Source of the DNA: Paraspadella gotoi
Taxonomy: Eukaryota > Animalia > Chaetognatha
Direction: 5' to 3'
DNA: 7,170 nt
Assembly (NCBI GenBank): GCA_051294375.1
Contig: JBJCIZ010000007.1
Span: forward strand, 31,120-38,289
The position numbers were made by a program, and so were the translations under genes. Under the pieces are notes generated by a model. The model searched no databases. It was given only the letters and a program-made list of their open reading frames with translations, and was not told the origin of the DNA. How positions within the stretch are numbered: position 1 is the first letter of the stretch; each line of letters begins with the position of its first letter. This document shows, piece by piece, positions 1-6,425 of the stretch.

Positions 1-240
1 GTCTGCAATGGGTTTCATCATTCGTCACTTCATGATTCATGTGAAAAAAAATTCACAGAACGTAGACCTGAGTCACCACCCATATTAGTTCCCGTGACGA
101 GGACAACTCTTCCAGCAAGGTTTCCTGCAGCACCAACAGCAACTTCAATGCCAACAGCAACATCAACTCCAACAGCGTCCCCAACCCCAACAACATCTTC
201 AACGCCAGCTGAAATAACATCAACTCTAACTCTCATATGA
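1..240 (+). mobile_element. C-terminal part of a BEL/Pao-like retrotransposon Gag reading frame (5'-truncated by the window edge)
   Basis: Frame +1 is open from base 1 to TGA at 238-240: VCNGFHHSSLHDSCEKKFTERRPESPPILVPVTRTTLPARFPAAPTATSMPTATSTPTASPTPTTSSTPAEITSTLTLI*. C-NGF-HH-SS-LH matches the distal part of the third BEL/Pao Gag knuckle (CX2CX3HHxxLH); the first Cys would lie just outside the window. A Pro/Thr/Ser linker follows. Track ORF 30..251(-) is its antisense shadow. Confidence 0.6.
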
Positions 241-421
241 TCCGTGACCACTTATTTAGAAATAAAATTTAGCAAACAAAATACACAAAATACACAAATC
301 CGTCGGCAAGAACAGGGCAGTGCTTAGAAAATTTCATTAAGACTCAATTCTAAAACTATTGTTATTTCTTTACCAAGGATAAGTGAGGAAGGGTTATCAG
401 GACCCTTCCAAGTCAAAAACC

Positions 422-564
422 ATGTTCAAAGGATGGACCTTTATTGTGAAAACCTGGGAAGAAATTTAAAGCCTTACCGGAAAATATTAAATGGAAAGTA
501 TTAATTGCTAACCTTAAGGCATATGAACTCCCTTGTTAACCAAACGGTGGAATGAGAGAAATAG
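422..564 (+). pseudogene. Possible decayed F-box-motif exon (two frameshifts needed)
   Basis: ATG at 422 gives MFKGWTFIVKTWEE; a shifted frame (465-536) gives FKALPENIKWKVLIANLKAYELPC; a second shift (533-562) gives LLTKRWNERN, ending at a strong donor AG|GTGAGC (GT at 565). The LP-x-x-I...VL...L...EL...KRW pattern resembles the F-box consensus by eye only. Confidence 0.35.
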
Positions 565-602
565 GTGAGCATGAATCACAATGATTACTAATGAATACTA
601 AA

Positions 603-688
603 CCAGAGGATTGCCTTTCCCCTTTTGATGCTTCAAAATATGATGAATGCAACAAAACCCAAAATCTTACCAAATCAAACTCCAAATA
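603..688 (+). repeat. Diverged direct repeat, copy 1 (partner 1193-1365)
   Basis: Shares colinear blocks with copy 2: CCAGAG, TTTGATGCTTCAAAA (624-638 = 1211-1225), ATGAATG, ACAAAACC, CAAAATCT, ATCTTACCAAA (664-674 = 1340-1350), CAAACTCC. Confidence 0.7.
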
Positions 689-757
689 ATACCCTTCAAA
701 GCGTCTTCTAAGTTCTTGTTATGGCTGTGTCATTAAAACTTGCTCCCTTTACTGAAA

Positions 758-991
758 NNNNNNNNNNNNNNNNNNNNNNNNNNNNNNNNNNNNNNNNNNN
801 NNNNNNNNNNNNNNNNNNNNNNNNNNNNNNNNNNNNNNNNNNNNNNNNNNNNNNNNNNNNNNNNNNNNNNNNNNNNNNNNNNNNNNNNNNNNNNNNNNNN
901 NNNNNNNNNNNNNNNNNNNNNNNNNNNNNNNNNNNNNNNNNNNNNNNNNNNNNNNNNNNNNNNNNNNNNNNNNNNNNNNNNNNNNNNNNNN
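758..991. other. N block (234 nt): assembly gap or hard mask
   Basis: Run of N. Other N blocks are 1968-1992 (25), 3425-3434 (10) and 6426-6556 (131). Adjacency across them is not guaranteed. Confidence 0.95.
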
Positions 992-1192
992 CTCTACTGT
1001 GTCTGAGATCTAACTTTTTATACGCAAAAAATTCATATTTTGCGTCTCTGCTTCACTTCCTGACTCCCAGGCAAACTTGATTTTCCGTTGTCCCTTTCCT
1101 TTATTAATTCTGATGAAGCGACTTCTGGATTCGCCGTCGCGTCGATCTCCCCAGGAGCTTTCCGCCATTCCGAAAATACGAAGTGCACCGGT

Positions 1193-1365
1193 CCAGAGTG
1201 GCTTCCCCCCTTTGATGCTTCAAAACTCACGCATGAATGGCACACAAAACCGCAAAATCTCGAAACAAAACTCAAAAACTAATGGAGTAAAAAAATATCA
1301 CAGAAAAACCGGGTTTGAGGTACTTCTAACAATTCATATATCTTACCAAACCAAACTCCCAAAAT
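1193..1365 (+). repeat. Diverged direct repeat, copy 2, with about 80 extra nt (approx. 1261-1339) relative to copy 1
   Basis: Colinear matches to 603-688 on both sides of the extra segment. Confidence 0.7.
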
Positions 1366-2059
1366 ATAAACTACCGAACTTAACTCCGATGGCAGTAATT
1401 ATCTGAGTTACGTAAGTTGGACAGCAACCGACAAACATGTCGCATGCATTCTGTTCGTCAGATCGACCTGAGAAGTTCTCACGCCGTTACTGGAAGAAAT
1501 TGGTTAATCTATAATGCCAGTAATTGAACTTGAAAGAGAAACTCCCCGCTCTGATGTCTTGAGCCTTGCGTCCCATGATAACCACCAAGTCGGCCTCAAC
1601 GTTGTCGTCGGTCATCCGTCCGCCTGTTGTCAAAGTTTCTTCACGTGTTCTACTCCTCGCTTTCGTCGCATCGGCTCAGCGATTGAAGAACACGTCGTCA
1701 GCGACACGCCTTTTTTCTTGCACGTTGGAACTCAGAAAAAATTTCCAGTATAGCAGTCGGTACAGTTGTCGGCCTCTGTTGCCGCCTTTGTTGAAGTCTT
1801 TTGCAAATTGTCGAAACTTTTGTTTTACTTCCCGTTGTCTCGCTCCTTCATTACAATTCTGATTATTGATAATTTAGATTGATTTGAAACTAATTCTGCT
1901 AAGATCTGAACCTTCAGCACTGATTAAATCTCTCAGCTTCAGCGGTAATATTCTCCATTTGCTGGACNNNNNNNNNNNNNNNNNNNNNNNNNGGACTCGT
2001 TTCCCAGGAATGAAAGACGAGTCAAGACTCACTGACATCCTAGTATCAGCCTTAATCAA
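1343..2059 (-). pseudogene. Decayed coding-like sequence of unknown family
   Basis: One minus-strand frame runs 2059 to 1343 with only three internal stops (1874, 1676, 1487): ...NCNEGARQREVKQKFRQFAKDFNKGGNRGRQLYRLLYWKFFLSSNVQEKRRVADDVFFNR*ADATKARSRTREETLTTGGRMTDDNVEADLVVIMGRKAQDIRAG... GC content is raised and plus-strand ORFs 1514..1753 and 1566..1862 look like antisense shadows. Product not recognised; the frame spans a 25-N block. Confidence 0.35.
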
Positions 2060-2347
2060 AGAAATCCACAGTACAATAAGTATAATAAGATTGGTTAAGT
2101 ATAAAAAAAAATTATGGTTCTCTGTATGAAAAAAAAAAAATTTGTTACCCCTGTTTTTTGCCTTGTTCCTTGCCGAATGTTCACTTTAAAAACAAAAGTT
2201 TTAAAAAAATACAATACAATGATTTAGTCAAACTCATTCCCAGTATTAAATAAGTTAAACAATAGGTCACGGCTTAGAATTATCACAATAACATATTTAA
2301 ACCATTCTCAATTTCACTATCCAGATAGGTACTGAGTCCTCCCTGAG

Positions 2348-2452
2348 GTCGATGGCGACGGCAACGGCGATAGAAACGGCGATGGCGAAGACGATGACGA
2401 CGACGATGGCGACGATGGCGACGACTACGGCGCCGGCGATAGCGATGGCGCC
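2348..2452 (+). repeat. Imperfect GAC/GAT/GGC (GATGGCGAC-like) low-complexity repeat followed by a C/T-rich tract to about 2510
   Basis: gatggcgacggcaacggcgat...gacgatgacgacgacgatggcgacgatggcgacgac. Explains the poly-Arg (2283..2513 -) and MATAT (2352..2744 +) ORFs. Confidence 0.8.
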
Positions 2453-3257
2453 TTTCTCTCATTACTCTCCTCTCCCCCCCATCCCACGCTCTCCCTCTCT
2501 CTCTCCCCTTCATACGGACTCCCGAATCATGAAAATATCAACAAAAAAATTACCCCTTCCAACTTCAACCTCTCTCGGCGACTCTCCGGCGAAATCTCCC
2601 GGTCAACGTCATCATCTTTCTCATCACGGTGATCTGCAGCAACCTCCATGGAACCGCCTTCTCGCCAAACTCCTGCTCTCTGCCCTTTTGTTACCCCACT
2701 CCCTACACCCCTCCTCTCTCCATTATTGCATAAATTTCATTTGAACTCCCCAAAAAGTACAATTTTAGTTTCTGGATTAAAAATATTTTACTTTCTAACT
2801 GAAAATATTGTAAATATTTTACAATTTTCCTCTTAACAAAAGTTGCTTCTCGTTGAATAATTTCCTAGCGAGTTTTATCAATTCTTAGTTCATTTTATTT
2901 CTAGTTTCACTGTATGATTTATTGCTACTGACTACATTTTCCCGTTAAATTTCTAATTTTGAAATTTTTAAAACAAATTTTAATATTCATTGAAACGTTT
3001 CTAGTTTCATATTTAGATTGTGTGTTGCATCATCTCGTAGTGGGTTTTCAATTGTTAGCTCTACAGTATAGTTAATTGATAGTTTCAACATTTTTTTTCT
3101 CTTGTTCAATATTTTAATGAAACTGGGTTGATTTTTGTTTTTTTTATGAAACTAACTTTTTGTCCAGACCCAATTATAGTTTGATTTTCTATGAAAAAAA
3201 ATACAAAAAAAATTTTAGATGATTATAAAAAGCGTGCTTCCCCTTCCCTCCGAATAT

Positions 3258-3662
3258 TGTTACCCCCCGTCCCCTCCCCAAAACGAACCACCAAAACCCC
3301 CCCTGAAGACTTAAGGCGAGAAACCAGCGATTACCCGTCGATCCACGAGACTCAAGGTGACTTCCGGTTCCGGCCTTTGCCCAGCGCTTCGTCCAAACCA
3401 ACCAATGAAGGCGTCGTCTCTTGANNNNNNNNNNAGAACCTCTCTCTCCCGCGGGCCTTCTCTACCCCCTCTCAACACCTCCTCTTCCCCTCGCCGTCCC
3501 CTCCTCTTCATCCCCGGAGTCACGGATAGAGTCTTGGAGATCGGACTCACTCTCTCAATTTCTCCTCTCGGTCTCGGGGTCTGCAAACCTTCCCTCTCCC
3601 TTCTCTCACTTTTATGTACCCTTGATACCCTTTGTTATATCTGTTTTCCTATTACCATTACA
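3258..3662 (-). mobile_element. GC-rich, strand-skewed block; possible second LTR-like sequence in inverted orientation
   Basis: On the minus strand it starts TGTAATGG (identical to the first 8 nt of the 4062 LTR) after a purine-rich run, has TACATAAAA followed by a GA-rich tract, and ends GTAACA; 405 nt long. No AATAAA or target-site duplication is seen, and it contains a 10-N block. Confidence 0.25.
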
Positions 3663-3876
3663 TACTTACCCTACTTACCTCCTTTCCCTGATGAGAGACT
3701 AGTTAGAACCTACCTTTAGCTAGATACCCATCTTCCCAGGAGGCCGAGAAGAAGAATGTAGGAGTAAGCGGAGCCCATTTTGGAAAGAGCGAGAGGAATG
3801 AGAGAAAAAGGAGAAAAAATGGGAAATTTTAGTGAAGGTGCTGATGAGAGAGAGGGAGAGCCGTGAATAAAATAAA

Positions 3877-4061
3877 GTGACCCTTATCGTTGTTTAAATT
3901 GTATTACTTTGTCCATTAAGATATTTCTGGGCCCGCATGGGAGACCCGGTCCAAAACAGGAAGGAGGTGAGAATTGTCGTTAATGAGGTAGTAGATCATA
4001 CAACGAACCCTGGGGCCCTCTCTCAGCTGAGGAACAGCTTTTTATTTTTTGTGCGGGAGGG
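3877..4061 (+). mobile_element. Degenerate 3' internal region of an LTR retrotransposon; last reading frame runs into the polypurine tract
   Basis: Frame +1: VTLIVV*IVLLCPLRYFWARMGDPVQNRKEVRIVVNEVVDHTTNPGALSQLRNSFLFFVREG, directly abutting the PPT and LTR. Confidence 0.45.
4025..4061 (+). promoter_or_regulatory. Short hairpin, T-run and polypurine tract (plus-strand primer site) immediately 5' of the LTR
   Basis: AGCTG-aggaa-CAGCT (4025-4039), then a T-rich run, then GCGGGAGGG (4053-4061) directly before TGTAA. This order is typical of Ty3/Gypsy-type 3' ends. Confidence 0.65.
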
Positions 4062-4439
4062 TGTAATGGATCAACTAAGAGAGAGAGATGGGTGGCCGTC
4101 GCCGTTCAATGGTCGCCGACCAAGAGCGGCCGGCCCCCGCCCCCCCTTAAAGCTTAACTCAGGTGACAGAAATAATGGAAACAAAGGAAGGGAGAGTATA
4201 TAAGGCACGGCGGAAAGAGAAGGAGAGCAGAGAGTGAAAATAAAAATAGGACTTCTGTCAAAAACACAAAAACATCAGAATAAAGTTTTTGTGCATCTTG
4301 ATATTAACTGTCAAAACTTTTGTAAACTTTCTGTTGTAAAAGAAATAAAGCCAAATAACCCCACACAAAGTTTTCTTCTAAAAAACTATAAAAGTCGAGA
4401 CCGAATTCTCTAACCTAGCGAGTTGTTTGTAGCGTTACA
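4062..4439 (+). mobile_element. 3' long terminal repeat (378 bp), probably Ty3/Gypsy-like
   Basis: Termini TGTAA (4062) and TTACA (4439) form a 5-bp inverted repeat; upstream PPT; GC box CCCCGCCCCC 4135-4144; TATATAA 4197-4203; AATAAA at 4239, 4279 and 4344; no TGG primer-binding site after the end, consistent with a 3' LTR. No partner LTR in the window to confirm the boundaries. Confidence 0.7.
4197..4203 (+). promoter_or_regulatory. TATA box of the LTR promoter
   Basis: TATATAA within the LTR, downstream of a GC box and upstream of AATAAA signals. Confidence 0.55.
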
Positions 4440-4839
4440 TGCTACACATATTTAAAAAAAAATAATTTCTATTGCTTATGTATAAAACATATGCACATTC
4501 TAAATCTCTTTCTACCTATTAATATTTCAATGATACAGTTTTAGGTTTTAAGCATTTAAAATGTGATTACAGAGTAATAGGCAAACATACAGGCAGACTA
4601 AAATGTCATTTCTTCACAATGGCAAAACTAAAACTGCAAAAAATAGACAAATATTTTACCTTTTTGTCTTGAATATGCATGCCAATCAGAGTTTTTCTCC
4701 ATTTCTCTGAAAAAAAAGTTATGCACAAATATATCATTTATGATCTTTAGGTTTAACAAATACTTTTATGACTGTAAAGGTTTTATAGCCAGATCTGCTA
4801 ATAGCAGATTCAGGCTCTATGATTCACTTTGTCAATCGC

Positions 4840-4940
4840 AGGTATGGTTCTAGTTGGTTGGCGACTTCGCCATAGCGATATCGCCAGGGCCCTGGCGATG
4901 TCGATGGCGATGTCGCCAGTACCCGTTCAACTCCATGCCT
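4840..4940. repeat. Long imperfect palindrome built from self-palindromic TGGCGAnnTCGCCA units
   Basis: Core 4859-4918: tggcgacttcgcca tagcgatatcgcca GGGCCC tggcgatgtcga tggcgatgtcgcca; arms pair around 4889/4890 with one mismatch, one G-T and a 2-nt bulge. Outer arms: AGTTG (4852-4856) with CAACT (4928-4932), and AGGTATGG (4840-4847) with CCATGCCT (4933-4940). Confidence 0.9.
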
Positions 4941-4942
4941 CT

Positions 4943-5005
4943 CCCCTAACCCTAACCCAGGCCCGGCCTCCCGTACATCTCATTACCTCAACCCTAACCC
5001 TAACC
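4943..5005 (-). repeat. Short interstitial telomere-type (CCCTAA/TTAGGG) repeats in two clusters
   Basis: cccctaaccctaaccc (4943-4958) and ctcaaccctaaccctaacc (4987-5005). Confidence 0.75.
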
Positions 5006-5658
5006 GCCTTCGATATATAACCCACGGGCCACAGTGTTTCCACACCGTGGAAAATATCCGCAAGTCATGTTATCGCTTTTGCAATTTCTATTGATTTTTG
5101 ACAAATATCTTGTCTTTAAAGTCCTTTAGCCATTTCTATTAAACGTTATTAGTTTTCTTTTCTTAGTATCGGAATTTTTTTTTTTGCGATGCAAACTTTG
5201 AATTTTTGATTGCTGGTTTGGTTACCACAACAATTTATCACCTCAGAAATAAATAATTTTTATTAAAAACTATATGTTTTTAATAATCAATCAACAGCTC
5301 TTTTGCTAAGGTTTCTAATTAATAGAATGAAAGTCGCAATACAGTGGCATTAAGTTGGCAAAGTGATTTAGAATGAAATGAGCCTCCTGGATTTTCTTAA
5401 AGTTCAGCTTTAAGTTGCCGGGATATTTAGGGATCATCGAAATTTAACTTCAAAAGGCGTTCAATGGCTGGGGTGGTGTCTGAGACATAACTTCCTGTTG
5501 CGGTTTTTTGCGGTTTTTCGTTTTAAGAAAGAAATCTGACTTGCAAGTAGACTAGTTTGTGCAAATTTGAATTAAATTCTCAAGTTATTGCTTATTTAAT
5601 GCAATATAAATATAACTAAAATCTTTTTAACAAAGTTTGGAAACGATTTTATTTATTA

Positions 5659-5704
5659 TACGGTCATGTTTCGACTCTTCATTTTGAGTCTTCATCAGCG
5701 GTAA
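5659..5704 (-). ncRNA. Minimal type I hammerhead ribozyme motif (Penelope-like-element type), probably degenerate
   Basis: Minus strand reads uuaccg CUGAUGA A GACUC aaaaugaa GAGUC GAAAC aug a c cgua. Intact CUGAUGA box (5698-5692), perfect 5-bp stem II (5690-5686 with 5677-5673) and GAAAC box (5672-5668). Stem III is ACAUGA rather than palindromic ACAUGU, so the triplet is GAC instead of GUC; stem I (UACCG with CGUA) needs a bulge. AATAAA follows at 5657-5652. Confidence 0.7.
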
Positions 5705-5739
5705 CGGTAATGATGCCATTAACAAATTTGCTGTAAAAA

Positions 5740-5960
5740 GAAGGGAGACGGAGACGAGAGTGAGAGAAACGCAGGAGAGAGAAAGAGGCGCGCCTAAAAG
5801 TTTCCACACAGATCGATAAAGTGCGGATTAAAGATGAGAACTACAAGTTCTGAAGTCTGAGGACATGATCAGTTGTGAAAAGAAGCTGAACATGTCAATT
5901 GTGAAAGAGGAGAGAGAGAGAGACAGAAGAGAAAGAGAGAGACTAGAGAGAAACAGGGAG
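5740..5960 (+). repeat. GA-rich low-complexity tracts with a short imperfect tandem duplication
   Basis: GA-rich at 5740-5788 and 5904-5960; ctgaggacatgatcagttgtgaaaaga (5857-5883) resembles ctgaacatgtcaattgtgaaaga (5886-5908). Confidence 0.8.
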
Positions 5961-6078
5961 CAGACAAAATAATACATTATTAATGTACAACAAGGAATAA
6001 GTTTTAAACTAATGGTGTAGTTTTAACCATGTATTCTTAGTAATAAAAGATAGTAATGAAAGTAAAGAAGTTTTTAAA
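5947..6078 (-). repeat. Inverted repeat, left arm (partner 6295-6425)
   Basis: CAACAAGGAATAAGTTTTAAACT (5988-6010) is the exact reverse complement of 6362-6384, with colinear similarity on both sides (agagaaacagggag, aatacattat, taatgtac, atggtg, gatagt, aaagaa, gtttttaaa). Confidence 0.9.
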
Positions 6079-6294
6079 TGTGAAATCGAACATGTTCGCT
6101 GCAGGGATAGATAAGTGACTGTTTAAAGCTGCAAAAATTAAGAATTAGAATAGAGCTCAAGAATGAGCTGGCCCCCCTTGGTTTAGTGGCAATATGAAAG
6201 GCGGAACTTAACAATGAAGTCGGTCCATTGACGCGCTCATTGGTCTGAGCATCGACAATTCTGTTGAGTTTTATTTGCCGTCTGCGTATTACGG

Positions 6295-6425
6295 TTTAAA
6301 AACTTTCTTTCCTTTTATTCACTATCCTTATTTAATAACTGAAAAATGTAAACTCACCATGAGTTTAAAACTTATTCCTTGTTGGTACATTACATAATGT
6401 ATTTCTGTCTCTCCCTGCTTTCTCT
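6295..6425 (+). repeat. Inverted repeat, right arm; runs into an N block flanked by CTCT
   Basis: Reverse complement aligns with 5947-6078. The N block 6426-6556 sits where the mirror of the GA tract at 5904-5946 is expected. Confidence 0.9.

Noticed and set aside
721-1080. ORFs 721..1080, 740..1006, 6365..6589 and 6379..6594
   Set aside because: Open only because they read through N blocks.
1111-1180. CTGATGAA followed by a GCGAC...GTCGC stem, as a possible hammerhead
   Set aside because: The stem is followed by GTCGA rather than GAAA, and no stem I or III can be built.
2283-2744. Arg-rich (protamine-like), MATAT and Asp/Gly-rich frames
   Set aside because: All are products of the GAC/GGC low-complexity repeat; the Asp/Gly frame has a TGA at 2333 and no start.
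2835-2875. CCTAGCGAGTT shared with the LTR (4414-4424), as a possible 5' LTR remnant
   Set aside because: Only 11 nt of identity with patchy flanks; no TG...CA ends or primer-binding site.
2801-3010. AT-rich hairpin ATTGTAAA-tat-TTTACAAT and the 12-mer TTTCTAGTTTCA repeated at 2898 and 2998
   Set aside because: Plausible by chance in very AT-rich DNA; no further periodicity seen.
3303-3345. CTGAAGA...GAAAC...GTC as a possible hammerhead
   Set aside because: No stem II closing next to GAAA and only 1 bp of stem I.
3688-3712. CTGATGAG after a CT-rich tract (another CTGATGAG at 3841)
   Set aside because: No GAAA box or proper stem II (reads GTTAGAACC); at most an unrecognisably decayed motif.
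6087-6098. Perfect 12-nt palindrome CGAACATGTTCG in the inverted-repeat spacer
   Set aside because: Isolated, not at the symmetry centre and not mirrored in the other arm.
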